Source: Bacteroidota bacterium (GTDB lineage Bacteria; Bacteroidota; Bacteroidia; Palsa-948). From it: a DNA stretch of 64,000 nucleotides. Of the stretch, positions 1 through 9,561 are shown in pieces; positions within the stretch are counted from its first letter, which is position 1, and the number at the start of each line of letters is the position of its first letter. Made by a program: the position numbers and the translations under genes. The stretch is taken from positions 6,679 through 70,678 of the forward strand of contig PLUL01000071.1 of the NCBI GenBank assembly GCA_003164895.1. The letters run 5' to 3'. Below the pieces are notes generated by a model, which was not told the DNA's origin, did no database searches, and saw only the letters and a program-made list of their open reading frames with translations.

Positions 1-1140
1 GCTTTCAGCATTTGCAAATATTACTCCACCCAATAATCCATTCTTGGTAAGACGGAACCGATATTCTGCTTCGAGGTAAAGCATACCAGGACCTCTTAAT
101 CTGCTCTGAATATATCCTCTTCCGGTGTTGGAGTAAGAATCCCATCCGGTGCTTGGCAGATCAAAATAAGGCGGCAATCCTCCGAAAGTAAACCAATTCA
201 AATTCCAAAAAGCCAAAACATTATCTGAATTTGGTGAGAGCTTAAAATATTTTTTAAATTCCAATTGAGCAGATTGCCAGTTTTGATCGCTTCCCAATAA
301 AGTGGAATTGTAACGATAAGAAAAACTTCCGTAAAAAGCATTTTCGGGATAGTTTGTATTTTTCCTATTATCATAAAGTAGATGGAATAGCAAACCCGAT
401 GAAACCGTTTTTTGAGCAGTTCCATTATAAGTTTTAAAATCTGTTGCGCCGCCGCCTTCATCTTCAATACCAAAATGGTAATCGAGATCATACCCAAATC
501 CGGCATAAAACTTGGATGAAGAAATTTCTTTTAATACTTCCTGATATACCCTGATATATGAATAATCAATCAAGTCAGCATTGTCCAAGGAAGTATGTCC
601 ACCTAAACCGTAAGTGTAAGTTGGATACCTATAATATCTCCAATCACCCAAGAAATTTAATTTGTTTCCTTTTGTCCAAATATTTGCAATTACCGGCAAT
701 AAAAATTGATTATGGTCAAGAGACATGGTAGGATTTATTGCAAATGATGAAAGATTAGTAGTTGAGATTGCACCAGTATAAAAAGATAAATTCATAGCTA
801 AAATTGCTGTTGTTCCTGTTTGTAGAGCATATCCTATTGCAGGAAAAGGAGCAAAAAGTAATTTTCCGGGTTTTACAGAATCAGTCTTCAATACCGGATG
901 AGTTAATGGGTGAATTACAAACACGCTGTCCTCCGGTGATGCTTGCTGCGTTACATGGTGTCGTGTTTGAAATATTTTTTTGATTACATCTTTTATATCT
1001 TTTTGTTCGTGTTGTTTTTCAGATGAAGAAAGTACAGTATCTTTTTTGGAATTATTTTCTTGCGCAACGGCATAAGTAGTAATAATCATTTGTAAAGTGC
1101 AAATGAGAATTACCACCCAAATCATTTTTTTAAATCCCAT
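1..1140 (-). CDS. Omp85/bacterial-surface-antigen-like outer-membrane beta-barrel protein (5' complete, 3' end runs off window); paralog of the next gene
   Basis: Minus-strand ATG at 1140 gives MGFKKMIWVVILICTLQM (signal-peptide-like). The same frame at positions 1-190 translates to ...PPYFDLPSTGWDSYSNTGRGYIQSRLRGPGMLYLEAEYRFRLTKNGLLGGVIFANAES. This is clearly homologous to the C-terminal part of ORF 1156..2409, including the RGY loop motif. Absent from the ORF track, presumably because it touches the window edge. Internal frame continuity was not fully verified. Confidence 0.45.
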   Translation of the reverse strand, partial: MGFKKMIWVVILICTLQMIITTYAVAQENNSKKDTVLSSSEKQHEQKDIKDVIKKIFQTRHHVTQQASPEDSVFVIHPLTHPVLKTDSVKPGKLLFAPFPAIGYALQTGTTAILAMNLSFYTGAISTTNLSSFAINPTMSLDHNQFLLPVIANIWTKGNKLNFLGDWRYYRYPTYTYGLGGHTSLDNADLIDYSYIRVYQEVLKEISSSKFYAGFGYDLDYHFGIEDEGGGATDFKTYNGTAQKTVSSGLLFHLLYDNRKNTNYPENAFYGSFSYRYNSTLLGSDQNWQSAQLEFKKYFKLSPNSDNVLAFWNLNWFTFGGLPPYFDLPSTGWDSYSNTGRGYIQSRLRGPGMLYLEAEYRFRLTKNGLLGGVIFANAES

Positions 1141-1155
1141 AAAATTCACTGCCAA

Positions 1156-2409
1156 TTAAAAAACCTCAGCCAAGTTGAAAAGTAAACCTCCTGCACCACT
1201 TGTTGTAAAACCATAATCAACACAAAAATTAGTTTTTGACATCCTGTTGATTTTAACTCTTAACCCAAATCCGGAACATGGATTTATTTTTTCAAATTTA
1301 TTGCTCGGCCATTCAGTAAATGTTGAAGCATTAGCAAATACCACACCTCCAAGAAATCCATTATTCATGATACGAAAACGATATTCAGATTCTAAAAAAA
1401 CCATATTCAATCCTGAGAACCTGCCTTGCACATAACCTCTGCCTGTATTATTATAGCTGTCCCACCCTAAACTTGGCAAATCAAAATAAGGAGGTTTGCC
1501 CGACAATGTAATATAATCATAACTCCAAAAAGCTAAAACATCATCAGATTTGTTGGAAGTTTTAATGTAATGTCTTGCATCCAACAAAATAGATTGCCAG
1601 TTAACATCGCTTCCTAAAGCTGTTAAATTATCCCTTATGTGAAGATTGGCGTAGCTGCCTTGATCGGGATTGTTACAATTTAAACGACTGTCGTATTGCA
1701 AATTAAAACTGATTCCTGACGAGACGGATGAATTATTTATTATTGGCTTATTATCATATTTCTCAATGTCTGTTACTATAACTCCTGTAGGATTTATTTC
1801 AGAAATATTCCAATGGTAATCAGCAATGGCACCCATTCCGCCTGATAAATTTCCCACAATCTTTCGCATCACTATTTCGTAAAATCTCACATACATGTAA
1901 TTAACCGGATCCTGATTACTCAAAGTGCTTTTACTTCCTAATCCGAAAGTATTAGTAGGAAAATTCAGGTAACGCCAATCTCCCAGCAAATTAAATTTTG
2001 CATCTTTTGTCCAAATATTTGAACTGATTGTGCTCACATACTGATTTTGTTGAGAATAATAATTATCTAATAAGATGGACGAAATTTTTCGATCATTGCC
2101 ACTGTAAGTGAAAAATGAAACATTGGCTGCCAATCCAATAATAAATTGTGTAACCAAAGTATATCCCGGATAAAGGAACGGAGCAATAAATGGACCAAAA
2201 GATTTTTGACGGGACGTATCCGCTTTGGTAGTATGAGTTTTGTGAGTAATGATTTTCAAATAATCTAGAATATCCATCTGAGATTTTTGTCCGCTTATAT
2301 TTTTTGCAGTATCTGCAAGATTAACCTGCGCGAATAGAATATTTGTTTCAGATGTTAAAACAAAACAAATCATAAGAGTAAAAACATTAAAAAAAACTAT
2401 TTTCAACAT
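1156..2409 (-). CDS. Omp85-superfamily (surface antigen D15-like) outer-membrane beta-barrel protein
   Basis: 417 aa with an N-terminal signal peptide. C-terminal region has the NTGRGYVQGRF (RGF/Y loop-6-like) motif, GGVVFANAS, and alternating hydrophobic strands ending ...GLLFNLAEVF with a terminal aromatic, typical of OM barrels. Lies 15 bp from the upstream paralog, so a tandem pair on the same strand. Confidence 0.6.
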   Translation of the reverse strand: MLKIVFFNVFTLMICFVLTSETNILFAQVNLADTAKNISGQKSQMDILDYLKIITHKTHTTKADTSRQKSFGPFIAPFLYPGYTLVTQFIIGLAANVSFFTYSGNDRKISSILLDNYYSQQNQYVSTISSNIWTKDAKFNLLGDWRYLNFPTNTFGLGSKSTLSNQDPVNYMYVRFYEIVMRKIVGNLSGGMGAIADYHWNISEINPTGVIVTDIEKYDNKPIINNSSVSSGISFNLQYDSRLNCNNPDQGSYANLHIRDNLTALGSDVNWQSILLDARHYIKTSNKSDDVLAFWSYDYITLSGKPPYFDLPSLGWDSYNNTGRGYVQGRFSGLNMVFLESEYRFRIMNNGFLGGVVFANASTFTEWPSNKFEKINPCSGFGLRVKINRMSKTNFCVDYGFTTSGAGGLLFNLAEVF

Positions 2410-2706
2410 AGGGGGTTATTTTCTCGAATTCAAAAATACAGAATCCAATTCGTTGACAATTCAAATTGCTTTAAAACATTCCAGTAATAAAAGAAAAGTG
2501 TAAGTTTCATTCCCAACATCATTGATGTTAGACGTCTATCAAATTGAAAGTTTAATAGATGCCTGATGATTAATTACATTTTTCAGTTCTGAAATATTCC
2601 AATGTTATTCAAATACAATTATTTTAACAAAGGTAACACAATGTAAAGAGTTGTGGAGATAATTTAAGCCGAAGTAAAATTACAATCCAGAAAAAATAAA
2701 GTTACA

Positions 2707-4224
2707 TCAAACTAATATTTTTCCATTCATTTCTTTAGGAATTTTCAATCCGAGAATTTTCAGGATCGTGGGTGCGAGGTCTGCCAATTTTCCATTTGAA
2801 ATATTTTTGTAATCCTTATCAATCAAAATACACGGAACCGGATTGGTGGTGTGTGCTGTGTTGGGCGAACCATCCGAATTTATCATGAACTCCGCGTTGC
2901 CGTGATCTGCAATGATGATGAATGAATATCCATTTTCAATTCCCGTTTCCACCACACGCTTGTTGCAAGCGTCAACGGTTTCAACTGCTTTTGTTACAGC
3001 TTGAAAAACTCCGGTGTGTCCAACCATATCAGGATTTGCAAAATTCAAACACACAAAATCTGCTTCTGCTTTTTTTAGTTCGGCAACAATAGCATCTGTA
3101 ACCTCCGTTGCACTCATCTCTGGTTTCAAATCGTATGTGGCAACTTTCTGAGAAGGAATCATGATTCGTTTTTCCCCGTCAAATTCTTTTTCTCTTCCAC
3201 CCGAAAAGAAAAAAGTAACATGCGGATATTTTTCTGTTTCGGAAATACGGATTTGTTTTTTACCAGTTTTGCTCAGAACTTCTCCGAGCGTCATACTTAA
3301 ATTTTCTTTCTCAAAGATCACATGCACATTTTTGAAAGTATCATCATAACGCGCCATCGTAACATAATGAAGCGATATCGTTTTCATTCCAAAATCAGGG
3401 AAATCTTTTTGTGTCAACACAGTTGTAATTTCCCTGCAACGATCAGTTCTGAAGTTGAAACAAATCACTGCATCGCCTTCTTTAATTTTTCCTTCTTCCG
3501 AAATTATGCACGGCTTGATAAATTCGTCAGTTACATTTTCTTCGTAAGATTTTTTTACTGCCTCAACAGCGTTGGAGAATTTTTTACCAACTCCATTCAC
3601 TAGCAGATCATAAGCAAGTTTGATCCGCTCCCAGCGTTTGTCTCTGTCCATTGCATAATATCTTCCAAGAACGCTTGCTATTTTTCCTACAGAAGTTTTT
3701 AAATGATTTTCAAGATTGATAATGTGTTTCAATCCGCTTTTCGGATCGCAATCACGCCCGTCCATAAATGCGTGAATGAAAACATTTTTTAGCCCATGTT
3801 CTTTTGCAAGATCACAAAGTTTGTAAAGATGTTGTTCGTGCGAATGGATTCCTCCGGGAGAAAGCAATCCCATCAGATGAAGCGACTTGTTATTTTTCTT
3901 TGCATACTCAAGTGCTTCGAGCAATACCGGATTTTTATCGATCGTTTTTTCGCGAACCGCTTTATTTATTTTTGCCAGATCCTGATAAACAATTCTACCG
4001 GCACCAATGTTCAAATGCCCAACTTCGGAATTTCCCATTTGACCTTCGGGTAATCCCACATTTTCTCCGTCAGTTAAAAGTTGAGAATGAGGATACGTTT
4101 TCAGAAGATGGTCATAAAACGGAGTTTTGGAATTTGCAATGGCATCTGCTTTGGAACCATCTCCGATTCCCCAGCCATCAAGAATTATTAGTACCAGTTT
4201 TTTAGCCATGAAAAGAAATTTCAA
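2707..4224 (-). CDS. gpmI: 2,3-bisphosphoglycerate-independent phosphoglycerate mutase
   Basis: 505 aa. MAKKLVLIILDGWGIG...NVGLPEGQMGNSEVGHLNIGAGRIVYQDL is the canonical iPGM N-terminus, and the protein is full length. True start is probably the Met at 4209 (MAKKL). Confidence 0.93.
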   Translation of the reverse strand: MKFLFMAKKLVLIILDGWGIGDGSKADAIANSKTPFYDHLLKTYPHSQLLTDGENVGLPEGQMGNSEVGHLNIGAGRIVYQDLAKINKAVREKTIDKNPVLLEALEYAKKNNKSLHLMGLLSPGGIHSHEQHLYKLCDLAKEHGLKNVFIHAFMDGRDCDPKSGLKHIINLENHLKTSVGKIASVLGRYYAMDRDKRWERIKLAYDLLVNGVGKKFSNAVEAVKKSYEENVTDEFIKPCIISEEGKIKEGDAVICFNFRTDRCREITTVLTQKDFPDFGMKTISLHYVTMARYDDTFKNVHVIFEKENLSMTLGEVLSKTGKKQIRISETEKYPHVTFFFSGGREKEFDGEKRIMIPSQKVATYDLKPEMSATEVTDAIVAELKKAEADFVCLNFANPDMVGHTGVFQAVTKAVETVDACNKRVVETGIENGYSFIIIADHGNAEFMINSDGSPNTAHTTNPVPCILIDKDYKNISNGKLADLAPTILKILGLKIPKEMNGKILV

Positions 4225-5176
4225 ATATACTTCCTCTCGGAGAATTATTCTTCACAAAAACAGATCCTCCATGTTTTTCTGCCAGATATTTTACAATATA
4301 CAATCCCAATCCTGTTCCTTTTGCTCTGCGCGTTTCTTCGTTTCCCACTCTGTAAAATTTTTTAAATATATTTTGTTTTTCTTCATCCGGAATTCCCATG
4401 CCTTCATCACTGACGGACAAAATTAATCCATTTCCTTGTTCTTTTAAAATGATCTTTATCACTGAATTTACGGGAGAATATTTCAAAGCGTTTTCAAAAA
4501 GATTCAGAATAATGGATGGGAAAGTTGTTTTGTCAATGCTAAAAAAAATATTGGGTTGAATATCAAGCGTCACTTTATGTTTCGGATTGAACGCCTCAAT
4601 CGTTTGATTCATTCCTTCTTCTATGTATTCCGAGAGGTTGACATTCTCTTTGTGAAGTTCGTATGAGCCATTTTCTATCTTGGATGCAAGTAAAATATTT
4701 TCCACCAGTTTGTTCAGCCGTTCGGTGTCGCTAATGGCATTCGAAATAAGTTCTTTTTGTTTTTCTTTTTCCAGATCGCGCTTCAGCAAAGTTTCCAACT
4801 GGAGTTTAGCCGAAGCGATGGGAGATTTTAATTCATGAGTGACCGAAAGCAAAAAATTTTTCTGCTGTGCGGCAAGCTGCGCTTCTTTTTGAAATGTATT
4901 TCTTACCCGCAAAAATGCGATCGAAAGTAAAATAATAAATACCAATCCTTCGCCTGCAATCATCATCCAACGCTGATGAAGTTTTTTTTCAAGATCGTTT
5001 CCTTGTTCTATAACCAATTGCGGGTCTTCATGGTGAAGAAGATTGATTTCGCTTTTCAAATGATAGATTTCGTTGTTCTGCTCGATCATCAGAAATCCCC
5101 ACCATGCAAATTGGATGAGAACATAGGAGACAAGAATATAAAAAAGTAAAAGCGGACGGGATTTTTCAGATTGCAT
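4202..5176 (-). CDS. sensor histidine kinase (2 TM, HisKA + HATPase_c)
   Basis: H-box VTHELKSPIASAKLQLETL, and G-box GTGLGLYIVKYLAEKHGGSVFV near the C-terminus. Two hydrophobic segments at the N-terminus. No cognate response regulator adjacent. Its stop overlaps the gpmI start. Confidence 0.85.
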   Translation of the reverse strand: MQSEKSRPLLLFYILVSYVLIQFAWWGFLMIEQNNEIYHLKSEINLLHHEDPQLVIEQGNDLEKKLHQRWMMIAGEGLVFIILLSIAFLRVRNTFQKEAQLAAQQKNFLLSVTHELKSPIASAKLQLETLLKRDLEKEKQKELISNAISDTERLNKLVENILLASKIENGSYELHKENVNLSEYIEEGMNQTIEAFNPKHKVTLDIQPNIFFSIDKTTFPSIILNLFENALKYSPVNSVIKIILKEQGNGLILSVSDEGMGIPDEEKQNIFKKFYRVGNEETRRAKGTGLGLYIVKYLAEKHGGSVFVKNNSPRGSIFEISFHG

Positions 5177-5185
5177 TCTGTAAAA

Positions 5186-6436
5186 TTATGATTTCTCCTC
5201 CCAAATCATGCAAAGATTTACAATTGCCTCAACTGCTTTTTGCATATCCTGAACCGAAACCCATTCCTGTTTGGAATGAAACGCATGTTCGCCAGCAAAA
5301 ATATTTGGACATGGAAGTCCCATATAGGAAAGTCGTGAGCCGTCCGTGCCGCCACGAATGCTAGAGCGCAATGGTTTAATGCCGCTTCGTTTTATTGCTT
5401 CAAGCGCGTAATCAACAACCTGCGGATGTTTCTTCAAAACATTTTTCATGTTCCGGTATTGTTGTTGCACCTGAAATTCAAACGAACACTTTTTATATTT
5501 TTTCAAAATGTTTTTCGTGTGATTCTTCAAAAATGATTCGTGCTTTTTTAATCCACTCTCTGAAAAATCACGGATGATAAATTTCAAAACCATTTTCTCG
5601 ATTGAACCACTTATTGAAGTCGGATGAATAAATCCTTCCATCTTCTCTGTTGTTTCTGGCGAAAGTTTTTTCTTCGGAAGTGCATCAATTAATTCAGAAG
5701 CAATTTTTATCGCGCTTTGCATTTTTCCTTTTGCAAAACCCGGATGAGTACTCAAGCCATTAATTGTAATCGTAACTGCATCCGCAGAAAAAGTTTCATC
5801 TTCAATGTGCCCGAGCGTTTCACCGTCAATCGTATAGCCGAAATCTGCGCCCAATTTTTTCATATCCACTTTGTCAACGCCTCTTCCAATTTCTTCATCG
5901 GGGGTGAAAAGAATTTTTATTGTACCATGTTTAATTTCAGGATGAGAAACTAAATGATGAACGGCATCCATAATTTCTGCAACTCCTGCTTTGTTATCTG
6001 CGCCCAAAAGTGTAGTGCCGTCAGCGGTGATAATATCATTCCCGATTTGATTCAGCAAATCAGGATGATCTTTTGGAGAAAGAATTACTTTTTGTTTATC
6101 GGTTGTTTTCGGCAATACAATATTTTTTCCGTTATAATTTTTATGAACGATCGGTTTCACATCTTTCCCTGAACAATCCGGCGATGTATCCATGTGCGAA
6201 CAAAAACAAATTGTCGGAATTTTTTTGGTGGTGTTGGAAAGAATCGTTGCATAAATATATCCGTGTTCATCCAGATGAGCGTCTTTAATTCCAATCTCCA
6301 GAAATTCTTCCACAAGAACTCTTCCGAGATTTTTTTGTTTTTCTGTAGATGGGCAACTTGTAGATTCAGGATCAGATTGCGTATCAATCTGAACATAGCG
6401 AAGAAACCTTTCAGTAACAGTATGATTGATTTTCAC
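5186..6436 (-). CDS. pepT: peptidase T (tripeptide aminopeptidase, M20B family)
   Basis: 416 aa. N-terminus ERFLRYVQIDTQSD, with HMDTSPD and other M20 metal-ligand motifs. Length and domain order match PepT. Confidence 0.9.
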   Translation of the reverse strand: MKINHTVTERFLRYVQIDTQSDPESTSCPSTEKQKNLGRVLVEEFLEIGIKDAHLDEHGYIYATILSNTTKKIPTICFCSHMDTSPDCSGKDVKPIVHKNYNGKNIVLPKTTDKQKVILSPKDHPDLLNQIGNDIITADGTTLLGADNKAGVAEIMDAVHHLVSHPEIKHGTIKILFTPDEEIGRGVDKVDMKKLGADFGYTIDGETLGHIEDETFSADAVTITINGLSTHPGFAKGKMQSAIKIASELIDALPKKKLSPETTEKMEGFIHPTSISGSIEKMVLKFIIRDFSESGLKKHESFLKNHTKNILKKYKKCSFEFQVQQQYRNMKNVLKKHPQVVDYALEAIKRSGIKPLRSSIRGGTDGSRLSYMGLPCPNIFAGEHAFHSKQEWVSVQDMQKAVEAIVNLCMIWEEKS

Positions 6437-6500
6437 AGGATAGAATTAGAATGAATGATGATAATTTTTTAGGTGCAAATGTAAACATTTCGTTATAGGT

Positions 6501-6530
6501 AAAAAAAATGGCACCCTAAAGAGTGCCATT
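6501..6530 (-). terminator. Rho-independent terminator of the 901-aa adhesin gene
   Basis: 8-bp stem AATGGCAC / GTGCCATT with an 8-nt loop. On the minus strand it is followed by an 8-nt T-run (A8 at 6501-6508 on the plus strand). Lies about 30 bp downstream of the stop at 6559. Confidence 0.6.
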
Positions 6531-6558
6531 AATGCATTGCAAGAAAATATTTAACTCA

Positions 6559-9264
6559 TTACTTCACCACGGTCACAGTTCCTATGTAATCATGCGTTGT
6601 ACCAAACACATTGAGAAAATGAACTTTCCAAACATAGACATCTTCATGAACAATTATGTTGGTTCCACCCGCCACGGTACCATTCCACATACATGGAAGC
6701 GATTGCGGTGGACCATTCACTTTGCAATTAAATAAAATATTTCCCCATCTGTCAAATATCCACATTTCGTATTCTGTAATACCTAAACCTTTTCCATAGA
6801 AAGAATCATTTATCCCATCTCCATTTGGTGTAAATGAATTTGGAATATAAAACATATAATCCTTTGTTTCTATCACATGCTTAATGCTATCCACGCATCC
6901 ATATTGTGATGTTACGATTTGCGTAACAATATATGTTCCTGTGTCTGCATATATATGTATTGGATTCTGCAATGTTGAAGTAACTGTATCTCCAAAATGC
7001 CATACCCATTGCACTCCTCCGGTAGAAAGATCATTAAATATTACATTATCCGTAATGGAAATTATCGATCCGGGTGAAGTAGAGAAACTAGGTTGAGGCA
7101 AAGGACGTACAATGGCTGCTTGTTGAAGAGAATTTGTACAACCCTGATTTGAAGTAAGAGTCAGGGTAACAGGATATGTTCCGTCAGATGCATATAAATG
7201 AGTAGGGTTTTGCAGTGTCGAAGAATTCCCATCGCCAAAATTCCAGTTCCAAGTTGTAATATTTCCTGATGGAATAAACGATGGGTCTGAAAAAATGGTT
7301 GTATCTCCTTTGCAAATTGCAACCGAACTGAAATTCACAACCGGAAGGGGATATACAGTAAGAGTAACCGCCGTAGTATCAACACATCCTCCGGAAGAAA
7401 CAATAAGAGCTGAAATATAATTCCCATAACTAGGATAAGTATGAGTTGGGTTTTTAAGTGTAGAAACATTTCCATCTCCAAATGACCAATTCCATTGCGT
7501 TGCAAAAGCCGATGAGTTATTAGTGAAAACAGTTGGAATGTTTTGACAAACATTTGTCGCAGTAAATGACGCAGTCGGAATAGGATTAACCAACACATTT
7601 AAATTAGTGAGGTTCTGACAGCCATTGTTTGAAGTTACGGTAAGCAAAACAGAATATGTTGCAGCATTAGTAAAAACATGGCAGGGGTTCTGAAGAGTGG
7701 AAATATTATTTGGACCTGAAGCTGCGTCTGCAAAATTCCAACCCCAACCCGTAATGCTTCCTGAAGATATAGTTGAAGAATCGTGGAAGCAAGTTTGGTT
7801 GCCAATGCAAACGGTGGGTGCAGAAAAATTTGCAACAGGTAAAGGATTTATTAACGCATTTGCCTTGATAGAATCTATGCAACCAAAATTATTGGTAACA
7901 ATAAATGATACATTGTATGTGCCGGAAGCATTGTAAGTGTGTGATGGGCTTTGAACGGTGGAAGTATTTCCATCGCCAAAATTCCATGCCCATTGCGTAG
8001 CGCCTCCGGTGGAATTATCTGTAAATGCTGTTGGATTATTAAAGCAAACAGTTGTTGAGCTAAAGTTAACCACTGGTGCAGGATTAACTGTTACAGTTTG
8101 TGTAGTAGTGTTTGTGCAACCGGGTGTATTCGCAACTGTAAGAGTTGCTGTATAACTTCCGGGTGCAGTATAAGTGTGAGTTGGATTTGGAGCTGTAGAA
8201 GTATTACTGGTAGAAGTTGGATCGCCAAAATCCCAATTCTGACTAATTGCACCGGTTGACGAATTTGTAAATTGTGTGGGTGTTGTATTAAAGCAAGTAG
8301 TATTTGCGCTGAAGATTGCCGTAGGTACCGGAAGAGGATTATAATATATTTCTATAAAACCATTTCCACCTGCAGTAGAAGTTCCTCCTCCAACCGCTGC
8401 CCCTGTAGGCAGATCAGGATCGGTATTATTACCTGGAGTTTGTCCATTTCCATTTAAAATAGTGGTATTAAATCCCGCAGAAAAATTTCCACCACCACCA
8501 CCACCACATGCACCGCAATCGCAACCTGATGCCACTCCTCCGCCCGTACCACCATTATATCCGCCGCCGCCGCCGCCGCCGCCGCCGCCATCTTGCCCAC
8601 CTTTATTTGCTCCCACTACGCCGAATGCATTGGGGCTTGCTCCGGTTAATCCGGGTGTGGTGCAAGAAGCACCGGCTGGATTTCCATCTACTCCGCCTCC
8701 GCCGCCGGTTGCCCCACTGCTAAACTGTCCGCCACCACTGCCTCCGCCTCCGCCGCCTGCTACTAGTAAAGGTGTAGCTCCATTGTATAAACCACTGCCA
8801 CCACCGCCTCCGCCACCTCCGCCCGAAGTTCCGGAGCCTCCCGCAGCACCACCGGCACCACCATCAAGAATTCCGCTGCCAAATCCTGCAGCTCCGCCAC
8901 CAGTCCAAGCCACATGATTACCTCCCGGTCCGGCTCCTCCTCCAATTATTATAGTTAAAACCTGCCCCGGCGTAACAGTTAAACTGCTTTGCACAAATGC
9001 ACCGGCTCCACCCACCGCACCAGCAAAATCATCAGCACCTCCGCCACTACCTCCACCACCCCATGCTTTAATGGTAATTGTGTCTGTGCAGGGAACAGTA
9101 TATGTTTGAGGAACACCTGTATAATTATATACTTGTTTTACCGGTTGGGCAAAAGTCATTGTACAAGCTGCAAACAAAAAATAACACAGTAAAAAATAAG
9201 AATAATTATTAAGCTTTGGCATTGTGTAATCGGGGGTTTTAAAATTATATTTTATATATCTCAA
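6559..9264 (-). CDS. T9SS-secreted cell-surface protein with an N-terminal glycine-rich domain, several PKD domains, and a C-terminal gliding-motility-associated (CHU_C, type-B) sorting domain
   Basis: 901 aa with a signal peptide. The first ~300 aa are extremely Gly-rich with interspersed hydrophobic strands (VQSSLTVTPGQVLTIIIGGGAGPGG...). About 7 PKD-type repeats carry WNFGDGN / WDFGDP motifs. C-terminus YMFYIPNSFTPNGDGINDSFYGKGLGITEYEMWIFDRWGNILF matches the CHU_C / gliding-motility C-terminal domain. Confidence 0.85.
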   Translation of the reverse strand: MRYIKYNFKTPDYTMPKLNNYSYFLLCYFLFAACTMTFAQPVKQVYNYTGVPQTYTVPCTDTITIKAWGGGGSGGGADDFAGAVGGAGAFVQSSLTVTPGQVLTIIIGGGAGPGGNHVAWTGGGAAGFGSGILDGGAGGAAGGSGTSGGGGGGGGGSGLYNGATPLLVAGGGGGGSGGGQFSSGATGGGGGVDGNPAGASCTTPGLTGASPNAFGVVGANKGGQDGGGGGGGGGGYNGGTGGGVASGCDCGACGGGGGGNFSAGFNTTILNGNGQTPGNNTDPDLPTGAAVGGGTSTAGGNGFIEIYYNPLPVPTAIFSANTTCFNTTPTQFTNSSTGAISQNWDFGDPTSTSNTSTAPNPTHTYTAPGSYTATLTVANTPGCTNTTTQTVTVNPAPVVNFSSTTVCFNNPTAFTDNSTGGATQWAWNFGDGNTSTVQSPSHTYNASGTYNVSFIVTNNFGCIDSIKANALINPLPVANFSAPTVCIGNQTCFHDSSTISSGSITGWGWNFADAASGPNNISTLQNPCHVFTNAATYSVLLTVTSNNGCQNLTNLNVLVNPIPTASFTATNVCQNIPTVFTNNSSAFATQWNWSFGDGNVSTLKNPTHTYPSYGNYISALIVSSGGCVDTTAVTLTVYPLPVVNFSSVAICKGDTTIFSDPSFIPSGNITTWNWNFGDGNSSTLQNPTHLYASDGTYPVTLTLTSNQGCTNSLQQAAIVRPLPQPSFSTSPGSIISITDNVIFNDLSTGGVQWVWHFGDTVTSTLQNPIHIYADTGTYIVTQIVTSQYGCVDSIKHVIETKDYMFYIPNSFTPNGDGINDSFYGKGLGITEYEMWIFDRWGNILFNCKVNGPPQSLPCMWNGTVAGGTNIIVHEDVYVWKVHFLNVFGTTHDYIGTVTVVK
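8561..8589. repeat. (CCG)n trinucleotide microsatellite (~9.5 units) inside the Gly-rich coding region
   Basis: ccgccgccgccgccgccgccgccgccgcc read directly. Encodes a poly-Gly run (GGGGGGGGG) on the minus strand. Neighbouring shorter CCA/CCG triplet runs. The antisense proline-rich ORF 8462..8917 is an artefact of this composition. Confidence 0.8.
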
Positions 9265-9561
9265 ACTTATTTTGTTTAGAAGTTAGGTTAATATTTCGCT
9301 ACAAAGTAACAAAAATTTATTCACTCAATAAAGAAGACGTAAATATTTGAAAAGGTTGCCTCTATTTAAATGAGGAAGCATCTTTTCAATTTTACTTTAC
9401 TCTGTCTTTTACGATAACAAATATCCTTGAATCTCCGAATGAAAATACCTTATTTTAACTCTAACACAGTTAATTGAACAGACTCATACATGAATAATGG
9501 ATAATTAATAATGGAAATCACATAATCAATTGGTCGTATCACATCGTAAGTTTATCATCAC

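Noticed and set aside
3804-4426. Plus-strand ORFs of 85-133 aa overlapping gpmI
   Set aside because: They are antisense to a high-confidence housekeeping gene and have no homology signal.
8462-8917. 151-aa proline-rich ORF (PPPPPP runs) on the plus strand
   Set aside because: It is the antisense of the Gly-rich (GGN codon) region of the 901-aa adhesin gene. CCN codons are the reverse complement of GGN, so it is a compositional artefact and not a separate gene.
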